Below are positions 24,362 to 36,165 of a stretch of DNA of 64,000 bases, in pieces (position 1 is the stretch's first letter; each line of letters starts with the position of its first letter). The notes under the pieces are model-generated. The model had not been told where the DNA came from. It saw nothing but the letters and a program-made list of their open reading frames with translations, and did not search any database. The stretch lies in the NCBI GenBank assembly GCA_964270895.1, contig OZ185441.1. One strand, given 5' to 3'. Both the position numbers and the translations under genes were made by a program. The stretch comes from Podarcis filfolensis. Taxonomy: Eukaryota.

Positions 24362-24428
24362 CTAGAACCTTAGAGTTGGAAGGGACCCCAAAGGTCATCC
24401 AGTCCAACCCCCTGCGATGCAGGAATCT
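24362..24428 (-). mobile_element. CR1-tail SINE fragment
   Basis: agagttggaagggacc...ggtcatccagtccaaccccctgc. Confidence 0.7.
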
Positions 24429-24529
24429 CAACTAATCCAAGTGTGCTCTCCTTAAAAACTCCCAAGGGGAGGAGTCAGAGTGCCCACCACCACCTCTGCG
24501 GGGAAACTCTGCTCGCTTGATCCGAGCTG

Positions 24530-25440
24530 ACCCGTCCCTTAGGGGAAAGAAGAGAGAGAGAGACGCTTCCATCGCAGCCACGGGAGGCGCCTCCAGATGG
24601 CTCCCTCCTTCCCTCCCTCGGCTCCGCCTCTGCCGAAGACCGTTCTTCCTCCGTCCCAGAAGAACCGCTATATTTAACGTGCTGCAAATAAACTAACCTC
24701 TTCTCCCCCCCCCCCACCTTAAATCCCGGGAGGCCGGAGTCGCCGTTGCCTCGCCACCCACCTTTGCTGCCGGCGCCCTGATCGCTCTGGTTAAACTCGA
24801 AGAGGAAATCGAAATCGAACTCGGGCTCTTCCTCCTCCAGGCTGGTCATGGCTTGGCAGGGAGACGCAGCAGCAGCGGCAGCGACCTCCTCCTTCCCCGA
24901 CGGCGCGGGGGGAAAGTTGCCACGGACGGTCTTCTCCCTTCGCAGCCCCCGGACACCTGTTGCCGCACCAGCGAGCGAGGAGCTTCCTCCTCCTCCGCCG
25001 CCGCCGCCTCTGGACAGGCCTGGGGGTCGCGCTGACCTCCGCGCCGGGCAAAGCTACCCAGGAGCTGCCTGCTCGCTGGCTGGCTGGATGGCTGCAGGTC
25101 CCGGGACGGCGCGGCCCCTCCTGGGCGGCTGTAAGGCGAGCCTGGGGCGCGCGCTCGCTTATCGCCCGATCGCTGCCTGTCTGCGGGATCCTCCCCCTGC
25201 CTTTGTTGATCTACACCCGGAAACATCAACAAGCGACTTGCTCTGCCCGCCTCGCGCTCTCGCTCGCTGGCTGGTTCCTCTTTTTTTAAAATAAACCCTC
25301 TCTGCTCGGGTTACAGGCCCGGAGGGGGGGGGGTGCAGACAGGAGAGGGACGCTGGCCTCTCGTCTCCTCTGCCGCGGCCACCTGTCCGAGTTAGGCTCC
25401 TAGGGGGGAGGGGGGGGTCTACCTCCTTCTCCATTTCAAG
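24530..25440. promoter_or_regulatory. CpG island over P2 / exon 1-beta
   Basis: Dense CpG and GCC repeats. TATA-like TTTATTTTAAAAAAAG on the minus strand near 25281..25296; boundaries approximate. Confidence 0.8.
24762..24849 (-). CDS. NFATC1: NFATC1 exon 1-beta (MTSLEEEEPEFDFDFLFEFNQSDQGAGSK + phase-1 G)
   Basis: The EFDFxFLFEFNQ motif is characteristic of the NFATc1-beta N-terminus. Start context GCCAAGCC-ATG; donor G|GTGGGT at 24760-24761; 88 nt, phase 1. Confidence 0.96.
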
Positions 25441-25879
25441 TTGGCTGCAGCGTTATTTGCTTCCATTTCTCTCTGCACCACCACCCCTTTCATGTACACG
25501 TCCCTTCCACAACCCCAATGGCCTTGGTGATGTGGTCTGTAAGTTGCCTCACATCTTAGCAATCGGGCATTTTCCCGCAGATGCGTATCCAAAGGCAGAT
25601 GCGGAGGCGTAGAAATTTTATGAAATTAATATTCCCTTCCAAAAAGAAGAGTACATTCTATGAATATATTTAGTGGGTGGCCAGGAACACACACCCCCCA
25701 GCATGTTCCCCTGTGTGTTTAAAAACCTTCCTGCTGAAAACCCATAACTTTTCCAATTTTGTTGTGCTATAGCCCTTCAGACAGTAATAATGTAGCATTG
25801 GGAAAGCACAGAACTAATAAAGCAGAATAAAGCCATTGGTAATACTGTATACCTCCTCTTTCCATATGAACTGATATGG

Positions 25880-26040
25880 ACCCTGTGATCATCATCTGAA
25901 GCCCTTTTTCATTGCCTCATCCATGAGAGGTCCAGAGAGTGACAACATGAGAATGGGCCTTTTCTGTGGTGGCTCCCCATGTGTGGAATGTTCTCTCCAG
26001 GGAGGCTCAACTGGCACCTTAGTTACACATTTTCTCTCTA
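25880..26040 (+). mobile_element. L2-clade LINE 3' fragment (second family)
   Basis: gggccttttctgtggtggctccc...gtggaatgttctctcc motif. A probable tail continues at about 26390..26465. Confidence 0.55.
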
Positions 26041-26099
26041 TGACCAAACCTTTGGCTAATTAACAATCCATGGCCTTTCAAATGTGGTGGTTTGTTGTT

Positions 26100-26335
26100 T
26101 TGCTATACCCCACCCATCTGGCTGGGTTTCCCCAGCCACTCTGCATGGCTTACAGCACATAAAAATGGTAAAACAATAGACTTTTAAAATTTCACGATAC
26201 AGGGTTGCCTTCATATGTCTTCTAAAAGTCAGATAGTTGTTTATTTCCTTGACATCTGATGGGAGGGCGTTCCACAGGGCAGGAGCCACTACCAAGAAGG
26301 CCCTCTGCCTGGTTCCCTGTAACCTCACTTCTCAT
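26100..26335 (-). mobile_element. L2-clade LINE 3' fragment (same family as 47940)
   Basis: RLQGTRQRAFLVVAPALWNALPSDVKEINNYLTFRRH, nearly identical to the 48016 ORF. Confidence 0.85.
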
Positions 26336-27707
26336 GGTTTCTTTCTGTTTTATTATGTGTGTTCTTGTTTGTCTTCTCATCTTGTATTTTTATGAATTTT
26401 AATGTTGTGAACTGCCCTGTGATCTTCTGGTAAAAGGTGGTATAAAAATTAAACAAATAAATACTACTATTGGGTCATGTTGTACAACATGCCCACAATA
26501 AAACACCAGTCTAGAGGGGCCCTACAACAGTGGACATTTTGACTGCTTGATCATTCTTGGGCTTCTGGAGAAAGGGCAAGATATAAACTGAAAAAACAAA
26601 TAATAAAATACCCAGAGGATATTAGCCCACAACAGCCAATCATGGAGGAGACACTTAAGCCCTTCTTCCTGCCCTCTTTTCTATAGTCCCTGTGTTTTTG
26701 TTCTTCACGTTCATCGAAGGGCAAACATGATGGCAACCTAAAGTGGTTCCATGAAGCATTTGGCCCATCTTGGAGACAGCAGGTGAGAGAGTACAAATCA
26801 CCCGAGCCCAAAAAGCCCACACCTACAACCCAGATCACAACTTGTTCAAAAGAGAGTGAAGGTTCTTGCGGAACAAAACATGCAGTAATGGTGTGAACCA
26901 AACCCACACACCAAGTTATTCCAAAGAAGAGAGGGTTATCAATCATAGCCCCAAGAAGCCAGCCAACACCCTGAGACATGTTGGTGCCAAAAGTTGCCAA
27001 CTCTTGAAACTCACGTCTGGTATTTGGTGCCCAGAGCCAGGCTAGGGGGCGGGGGCGGCAGCGCTGGAGCTGGGAGCAGCATGCAGCCCTCTTAGGCAAG
27101 CCAGCGGGTGGAATAAAAGCTGTTTTAGATAACCAGGTACAATTAAAATAACAAACGAGGACCAGGGGTGGGAATCCCTCTTTGCTATATGGCAACGGGG
27201 GTGGAAGTAAAACAAAACAAAAAACCCAGCCATATCTTTTCTTTTGTCCTCAATGTTTAGCAATGCACTTGCTGCCTAGGGAAAATAAATAAATAATAAT
27301 AATAATCCAAATGGCTCCCTCAAGGTTTGGAGGTAAAAGTATATTGGGCAGGCCACATCTTACAGGGGAGACCCTACCACAGCCATGTGTTAACATTTTG
27401 TTTCTAGCAATGGCAGTCCTGGGGGCAAGGGACAATGAAGCTGTCGGGCATTTACTTCACATCATAAATCCAAACCCACAGGTACTGTGTTAGGGGCACC
27501 GTTTCACTTCACGTGTCTTTGTGAAGGTGGCAGTGCTTGTCGACTGAATGGACAGGCTGTGCAGCTGCATCCTTTGCATGCGGCTGCACACCGATCCATT
27601 CAACCTACAGTCTCAGCCAGGCCATAGGAGTTGGCTCGGAGTGTTGCTTCCGCTGTGGCCAGAAACAGTGGACACACTCGTGCCTCCAGATGCATCCAAG
27701 AATCAGA

Positions 27708-27710
<3 letters not shown>

Positions 27711-27750
<40 letters not shown>
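27711..27750. repeat. (GT)20 microsatellite
   Basis: Direct observation. Confidence 0.97.
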
Positions 27751-27751
<1 letters not shown>

Positions 27752-28230
27752 TTTCTCAGGGAAGATGAGCATTCTGCAAATTTCCCTAGCGATAGTCACG
27801 AGAATGCCTGTGTCCGTTGCAAAGTTAAACAAGGGTGTAACCCTTTCAACAGTGCTGGCCAAAAACGTTTTGCCAATGGAAGCACCAAAAAGAGCCTCCT
27901 TCCAGCACACTACAGCTGACATTTCAAGAAGCCTCATTCAGACATCTGTTCCTGCCTTCATCATATATCCCTCTTGAATTTCACCACCTGAAACAGCCTG
28001 CCTGGGACAGACAGCCTTGTCTTCCAGCATTACATCTAATCTGGGTTTCTTTAGAATTTACGTATGTACAACGCACATGTTCGAACTAAATTGTGAGAGG
28101 GGGGACAAGGTTGTGTTTTAAAAGACGGTTTACCTCTGGGAGCCAACAACTGGTCCATATTAAATGCCCCTAACAGACACATTTATGAGTCCAGCCTGTG
28201 TCTGAAGGCAACGGCAGAGGTCTCAAAAAT

Positions 28231-28442
28231 ATATGAATGTAAGAAGAACCAGCTGGTCAGGCCAATGGTCCATCTAGTCCCGCATCCTGTTCTCATGGTC
28301 ACCAACCAGTTGCACGTGGGACAAGAATACTCTCTCCTCCTGGGTTTTCCAGTAACTGTTATTCAGGAGCATACTGAACTATGGAGGCAGGACACAGACT
28401 CCATCATGACTAGTCGCCATTGAGAGACTCACCCTCCATGAG
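28231..28442 (-). mobile_element. CR1-like LINE 3' end remnant
   Basis: aagaagaaccagctggtcaggccaatggtccatctagtcc...catcctgttctc motif, as commonly seen in squamate LINE tails. Confidence 0.45.
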
Positions 28443-30662
28443 ATGCATGTTACAACTCCAAGAGAAAATCTGTGAACTTTAAATCTGCTTCAGGAATTTT
28501 GGATGTGCTAATGTCTGCTTTTGGGGATTATGGTGTATTGTCATTTTCTGGGGATGCCTACCTGCCACTTAGATATGGATATAGAGAGAATCCAAGAATT
28601 CTGGCATATCTATGTGCAGCTTATAAGCAGGCCCCGTGCTTTTGTCCTGCGTTCCTCTCATGTGATGAATTTTTGGTCATGGTGATCTCTTGCAGAAGCA
28701 TTCTTGGGAATTAAAATGTAAATGTAAGATACCTGAAATATGTAAGGGCTGTTCCTTAACACGAATTGTTGTTGTTGGCACCTGCAAATGCATTTTTCTG
28801 TCTTCCTCAACCACTGTTCTTTGCTCTGAACTATCTTTTGCTAAGTCACCAGACCTGGATGATTAAGTGCTCAAGAGACATTTTGCTTTCTTTCGGTGTG
28901 GACGCATTGGCTTCCAGGTCAATCGCATGACCAGTTTTTATGCACTGAAGTCAGCCAAAGCTGGCCTTTGCAGTAATTTTGTCATGTTTAACCAGCTGCA
29001 CATATGCCATCCATCATCAAGTACCCACAAATGTGAGGAAAAACAACTTTTCTATGAACAGTAAATCTGAGTGGTACTGTTGAAGCCAGGAATTCCATCT
29101 GGAGCAAGCAGGACAGGATTGTATTTTTGATAACTTACTTTGAACAGCTTTCCCTGGAGAATAACATTTCTGTTCGAAAATTGGGAAGCAGCTGATAAAA
29201 TAATGATTTGCGCCCGTGGATTTTTCCTTCTCTTCATTCTGAGATGTTTACGAGGCAAGTTCAACATAACAAATTTACTAAAAAATAAATAAACTATGGC
29301 TGACTCGACTTCCTGTTTAGAAAAAGTGCTGTGAATGGGTCCTTAGTAGGGTTTGTAGTTCCAAGGAAGTGGGGTTGTTCCAGTTGATGATTTCTGAATG
29401 TTACTTACTCCCCCCCCCCCCACAATGCACACACTTTTTTGGGGAAAGACTTGCATCTCTTACATTGTTTCTTTGCTTTTATTCACCTCTTCTGCCTAAC
29501 CTCTTACAAAGTAAAAAAAGCAATAGCAAACTAACTAGGCTTAATGTCATAAACAACACATCCTTTTGGAAGGCATAAGGAATTGGGGGGGGGGGGTTCA
29601 GCTAAAAAGTCTGATACAGTCACCAGGGAACCTGGCAAGTGATAAGGTTTGTATTTCATTCCACTGGCAGACAACAGTCTAATCGACAACGGTTTCCAGT
29701 TTCCCAGAGCACACTGATTAGGATGCACTTGTATCTTCTTGGCTGACTGACACATGATGAAGCCTTGAGGATGAATGGCAGCTGCTTGTCTGAGTGGGCT
29801 GGCAGTTGTGAGAATAGCTGATCGAGAGCTTGCAAACAGCCTGCTTTTGATTCCAACCAACAAGACCCTCTGTGAAAGGAAGGGGAATTGTCTGCAGATG
29901 CGTTGCATTCATAGGCTACGAAATAACAGCAAGTTGTGTTGCAACCAAGGTCAGCTGAACCTGGGTTTCAAATCTTCACCTGCTGGGTCTTATTTTAAGC
30001 TTAAGTACATTTTTCTAGTCCTTACATTGTGTAACGGTGTATTTGGGGTGGGGTGTTTCTGTGTGTGTTTTTTGGCACTGCCTGACCTTGCAGTAGTCAA
30101 GTTTTAGGAATGGGCTGCTAGGTTGCAATCCACAAGGTGGTTCAACTCAAGTCTTTGGCTTCCATTACACTAATGCAGCTTAGATCTGAGAGCTTGAGTT
30201 CAAGCGATTTGTGGATCAGGCTAAACATACATTTCCCTTCGAGCTGTTTCCCGCACCCCACTTGCTAAGGATCACCAATCTTCTGCGAGGGGAGCGTGAA
30301 TAACATAGCAGTCATCACTATTACCACATATTATTTAGCTGCAGCACCCACTAGTGCCAAGTGTTATATAAATCACATGAGAAAAAAGAAGTTTAATAAC
30401 AATAGACATGCATACAATGTACTAATTAAAATGTATGTTCCAAAACACTGGGGCTTCACATTATAAAATGTGCTGTCATTAATTAAAGCCCAGAATAATG
30501 TCCAGAACAATAAACAAAAGTCTAGGGCAGACATGAAGACCATATGCTCCAATCAATATTCCTATTGCTCATCAGACCTATACTCCTTCCAATCTATAGT
30601 TTTAGCTCCTAGCACCCACAGTACTCACACTCACTCTGAAATAATTCCAGAATAAACCAGTA

Positions 30663-30798
30663 AAGGGATTCCCAAACTTAAGTTTCCAGCTGCTGCTGGA
30701 CTACAATGCCCATCATCTCTACATAGCAGGACCAGTGGTCAGGGTTGATGGGAATTGTAGTCTAAAAACCGCTTGAGACCCAGATTTGGTAAACCCTG
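30663..30798. mobile_element. Fold-back hAT MITE
   Basis: AAGGGATTCCCAAACT / ATTTGGTAAACCCTG termini; TSD AACCAGTA / ATCCAGTA. Confidence 0.75.
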
Positions 30799-33700
30799 AT
30801 CCAGTAATTTAGTGGGAGTGCCGCACAGTAAGTGTCTTTAGGACCACAACGCAAAGTAGTTGCTTCCCCCACCCCTTTAACAAGAAGCTGTTATTTGCAT
30901 TGTTTGGCTTGTAATTAAATCTTTAAAAATGAGGTTTTTATAAACAAGGCTTTAATTGCCTGCTTGAAAAATACAGCGTTTCCCTTTAGCCAAGATAGTT
31001 TTAAAGTCTGCAACATGCAAATGACCTCACCGTCCCAGAAGCCAGCACTACGGAGCTCCCAGATCTTCAAGGCTATATTTCAAAGGAATAGTTTTTAAAA
31101 GCAGTTATGGAAATGGTATTCCTCTATAGACTCTGGGAATCCCATTTTCCAGGATGATGGCTGAAAAGTCCATCAAAGAGTGCCAGGAAAAAAAACATTT
31201 TTTTTCCATGAGATCCAGTATGCTTCTCTCTCCCTTCCCCCTACTTTCCATAACAAAGTACTATATTGCCTTACACATTTTCTATTATGGTTTACACTGC
31301 TCTGGCAAACATCTGCTCCTGGTCCCCCCTGCCCCGGGCAGTTTGCAGAATCTGATACTGAACTGGTGGCAGCCACTGCTGGCCCCTTTACACTGTTACT
31401 TCAAACATTCTTAGCAAAGATGCTACCCAGGCATCTTGACAAGGAACTAGCTAGGTGCTCTGATGTTGGGCAAGGGTGTGTTTGTGAGCGAGTGAGACCT
31501 GGCTTTGAATGAAAGAGGTTGTTGTTGTTGTTGATTTAAGAGGCACATCTGCACCGCCGATTGGCAAGACAAGCTATGTTGTGAAATGTACCAGCTTTCC
31601 CTGCCTTTCGATTTCGTCTTGGCTCCCAGCTGTTTGTTCAAAGTTTGCTAGGCTGAATCACCAGGGCATTTATTTTTTTTAAAGGACTTTGGCATCAGTT
31701 TTTAAACTACCATCCGGAAGAGCAGAATCATCATGGTAATTCTTTAATAGGAATTTGAGGGGGCAGGAGAGGAACCGAAATAAATAAATAAAGGGTAGGA
31801 GAATAAGCGCCTTTGTCTCACAGTTTCTCCCCTTTGCTCATTCTGTTTTTTAGTTGATTTGATTTCTAGTCTTCGCTTTTAATACTTAAAAGTGAAGGAG
31901 CACAACAGCGCTGCTACAGGCAGTGCCCCCATATCTGAAAGTTAAGGTTAAAATACATTAAGAATTTGTGTTTGCATTGTATGTGTGTGCGCATGAGTTT
32001 GTGTTTCCAGTGAACAAGATTCGACCTATTGATCTAGGGAAACAAGTGAGTGCAGAAACAGACAATGAAACATCGGAAGCGATTTTCGGAAAACTGTTGC
32101 GTAATGTAGCTCTTAGAACCCAAAGATGCCTATGAACACTAAATGAAGATCAGGAACAAAGCGTTAATAATGGCCGTCTACCCAGGGAACTTGAGAAACA
32201 GTCTTATACTGAGTCATTGGTTGCCGCAGCTTGTATTGTCAACCCTGACCCTCCAGGATTTCAGACAGCTGCCTTTCCCAGTCCTTCCTGGTGTTATGAA
32301 CAGGCAGGACAACAGGCAGGAGGTTTCCCAGCGGTGGGACCCACTGGCTGCTACAGTCCTCTTGAGCACCTTACCCCCAAAAGGGGATATTAGCCACTAG
32401 GCAATAATTATTCAACACATCTGGGTCCAAGGAAGTATTTTTAAGGAGGAGATGCACCACTGACTCCTTCAAGGCAGGTGGTACTTTCCCATTCTCCAGT
32501 GAAGCACTGATCATTCCCTGGACCCACCAGATTTTGCAAACCATCATGGAATCTTTTAAAGAAAAATCAAAATCAAAAATAATTTATAAGAGAGAAACGG
32601 CTGCCTCAGTGGGTTGAGCAACCCTCAGTCTTGGGACAATTTTGCCTAAACGCCCTCTGCAATTCACCACCTGCAAAGCAGGCAATAAATATGAGGTTGC
32701 TGCAATTTCATTCTGCACTCATCTCCACTTGCATAGGAGACGTACCAGTGTGTCCAAAGTTGAGACGTCAGTCAATGACAAAGGTGCAAAGCTTTTGCTT
32801 CTTTTGTGAGTTGGTGATAATAGTTAGCATCTCTCAAACAGAAATGTGAAATGCATATGCTCGCCGGATCGTATTTGGTTCAGGCTAGATGTGCAGCTGT
32901 TTGCAGGATGAATCGAAGAGATCTCCCGAGAAGCACTAAAAGCACTGAGCCAACAACAACCAAGTGAGCATGCAAATTTACCTACGTAAGCTAGAGAGTC
33001 TCATTGTGAGGAAACAAACGAAACTGTTGCAGCATTAAAATGCAGAGGTGGTTTTAGACACTGTAGCCAAAGACTTCACCAAGAACCAAAGTGATTTTAA
33101 AAGACCTCTTAGGTTCATTCTTAGATTAGAGTTTTTTTGTGTTAAAAAGAGACAAAGGGCTAGTAGAGAGCAACGTGTTGCTGGAATTGGTGCACAAAGC
33201 AATCTGGAGAACTCTAGCAAAGAAACTGGAAGCTGCAGCCCAGTGTTGTTTGCTAGTAGTGAATCCCAGTCCACTGTAGCATCATTTTACAAAGTTTGCG
33301 CAGCAAATATTGCTTGAAATACTTCAGGGGGTCTTGAAATACTTAAGGTCAATGGATCAAACTTATTGCATACCCAATAACTAGGGGGTCACATAGTTCT
33401 GCTTCTAGCAAGGAGCTTTTGCTTTTAACAGCTACATCACAGGCAGAAATTATGTGCTCAACATGTGATGAAAATAGACTCGTTTGTATAATATTTGAAT
33501 CTTTGTCTTTCTATCTATCTTCTGTTCAGCCATTTTGACCGCACTAGAAGCTATTGTCTTTCTTCTTTCCTGGCAGCCTTTAAACCTCTGTTAGCCAACA
33601 TGCAAATATATGTGCCAGTTGTCATGTTTTCCTTGATTTTATGGCTTCATGTGTGTACAAGCCTGTACAACTAATGATTGGCCAAGCAGAGCACCAGCAA

Positions 33701-34003
33701 GACTATCAGACCTAAGGAATACTTTGCAGCAGCACCCGCCCTCTCCAGTTTTGCAGTCCTAAGCATACAGTGACAACTGTGAAGTTTTATTGAGCTCTTG
33801 GTGGGTCAACATGATGAGTTGGCTCTAATCATTTTAATGGTTCAAAACTGTACAGGCCTTCCGAAGGAGAATGCAGATGATCATATACCGAACAGCGGTG
33901 TACAACAGAGAGTATGCAGCTAATAAAGGGAGCTGCTCAGCCAACTCAAGCAAACATCTGTAACTTAGATCACAACGAATGTCAGTTAACATGCTTGTGT
34001 ATT

Positions 34004-34141
34004 CAGCCTTCCTCAGCCTGGTAGCCTTTAGGTCTTGTTGGACTCCAACTTCCATCAGCCCCAACCATCACTGCCCAATGGTCAGGGTTGATGGGAGTAG
34101 GACTCCAAAACATCTGGAAGGTACCATGTTGTAGAAGGCTG
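34004..34141. mobile_element. Fold-back MITE
   Basis: CAGCCTTC / GAAGGCTG termini with the internal ggactccaac / gatgggagtagg motif; no clear TSD. Confidence 0.6.
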
Positions 34142-34592
34142 GTGTAAATGAGCCCACAGACTTAAGACTTGGCATCATTTGGGGGGGGGGGTTGTGTGCA
34201 ATGCAACACTACACATATCAAAGCAAAGGTTATTTCAAGCCAGAAGCCTTCTTTGAAAAAATAAAGCTTGAAATATTACAAAGATGTTCAGAGCTGTGCT
34301 AAGTCCCATACAAGAAGCTGAGAAGTTCATTTCACTCGCCTAAACAGATTGAGGGCTTCGCTCCTCTACTCACAGGAGCAGGTCTCGTTGAAGCAGAGGC
34401 AGCATTATAAAAATAAGTTACAGCTCAAGGGAAGATCTCATTTTTAAAAAGGAACAGTGATCATAGTTTACATATTAGTATATCAAGTGATAACTGGTTT
34501 TTTTGAATGTTCGTGGTATGAAAGAATAGTTTTGATCTATTATTTTAAGGCAATTTAGAGGTGACATTTGCTTCTGCCTGCCTTTTAAAATA

Positions 34593-34818
34593 CAGTGGTA
34601 CCTTGGGTTACATATGCTTCAGGTTACAGACTCCACTAACCCAGAAATATTACCTCGGGTTAAGAACTTTGCTTCAGGATGAGAACAGAAATCGTGCTGT
34701 GGCGGCGCGGCGGCAGCAGGAGGCCCCATTAGCTAAAGTGCTGCTTCAGGTTAAGAACAGTTTCAGGTTAAGTACGGACCTCCAGAACGAATTAAGTACT
34801 TAACCTGAGGTACCACTG
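34593..34818. mobile_element. Tc1/mariner (Tigger-like) MITE, copy B
   Basis: Same TIRs, TA TSD. Confidence 0.88.
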
Positions 34819-34867
34819 TAGTTGGCTACTGTACAGTAGTTGACTGCTATTGCAAAAGTACACTTAA

Positions 34868-35191
34868 GGGGGCAATCCTATGAGAAGAGCAGCTTCAGAT
34901 GCAGTGGATCTCTGGTTCAGACGTCCAGGCTCAGATGATATTCCCTGGCTCAGCAGAAGATATGACTGTATTAACTTGCTCATGCCAACTCAGTCCAGGC
35001 TCAGCCAGGGGCTGGGGTAGTCGTGGGGGTGGGATTTAGGAGGGAACCTAAGACTGTTCAGCTCAGTCACATGACCTAGCAACCTGGGAGAGTCTCAACT
35101 GCTGAATGAAGTAGGAGCTGGATTAACTTTACGCCGGTTGAACTTACACTGTCTTGCTTTACGTCCATTTCTTGTGCATTGGATTGCTCCC
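34868..35191. mobile_element. MITE with GGGRGCAATCC TIRs flanked by TTAA
   Basis: GGGGGCAATCCTATG / CATTGGATTGCTCCC (13/15 inverted match); TTAA at 34864..34867 and 35192..35195. Confidence 0.65.
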
Positions 35192-35979
35192 TTAATTGTC
35201 ATTCAACAGACTATTTGGAAACTGAAGCACTTTAAACTAATTTCCCCCTAATCCTAATCATGGAATGAGCCTCATTGGACCTTGATCCTAAACGTATTCA
35301 CTCAGGCGTAAGTCCCAGTGAGATCAATTGGGATGACTTTTGAGTAAGCATGCTCTGACTTGCAGCTTTCCGTTGAGCTGATTTCCCTTGGGAGCAACAG
35401 GAATCGCTTGCAAGTAAGACTACAATTGTAAGCACCCCTGTTCAAAAGTGCATTCCACATTGATTTGAAGTAAATCCTATGATGGTCACTAAGGTACCAA
35501 ATGTTCAGGTCTAGGATGTGGTGCCTCACCCGTAGCTCCTTGACCTTTAACAGAGATGTTATAAAAAGTGGAGTGCAACTGAAGGGTGCAATCTTTTGCA
35601 TACTTACTTGGGTAGAAGCCCTATTGACCAAGACCACGAATTCTGAGTGAATATGCATAGGATTGTGTTTAAATCCAATTGCTCTAGTAGTTTAACTGGT
35701 TTGTAGGTGGGGTTACTGAAAACCGCTGCCAATTGGCGTCAGGTAGGCGCCTTCACTGTTTTAGGTGCTTGGTAAAAATGTTTCTGTTTAGACAACCCTA
35801 CCCAGACATGTAGAAAGTTTACATGTGTATTGATCTGTTTTATCACTTTCTCCTGGTTTTAATTATTTGGATGTTTTAAATGGCGGTTTTAAAACTGGTT
35901 TTGTCGTTTTATTCTTTTACAGCTTTGAGCAACCAATATATAAATTATATGAAATACATAGAACACTGTTACCTTCTGG

Positions 35980-36165
35980 GAAGTGTTGCAGTTCAGTGGT
36001 CGACTTCTGTGCAGAAGGTCTCATATTCCATACCTGGCATCTCCAGGTAGGGCTGGCAAAAAGCCTTTCCTGACACCTGAGAGAGTCTCTGCCAGTCCAT
36101 GTATGCAGACAGTGCTAAGCTAGATGGACCAAACATTCTGAATTGCTATAAGGCAACATCCCATG
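35980..36165 (+). mobile_element. tRNA-derived SINE (Squam3-like)
   Basis: gttcagtggt...gcagaaggtc...ggcatctccaggtagggctgg...gctagatggacc. Confidence 0.7.

Noticed and set aside
24137-24373. ORF with a poly-Q tract
   Set aside because: The poly-Q is simply the CAG microsatellite read on the antisense strand; the rest of the ORF runs into a SINE fragment.
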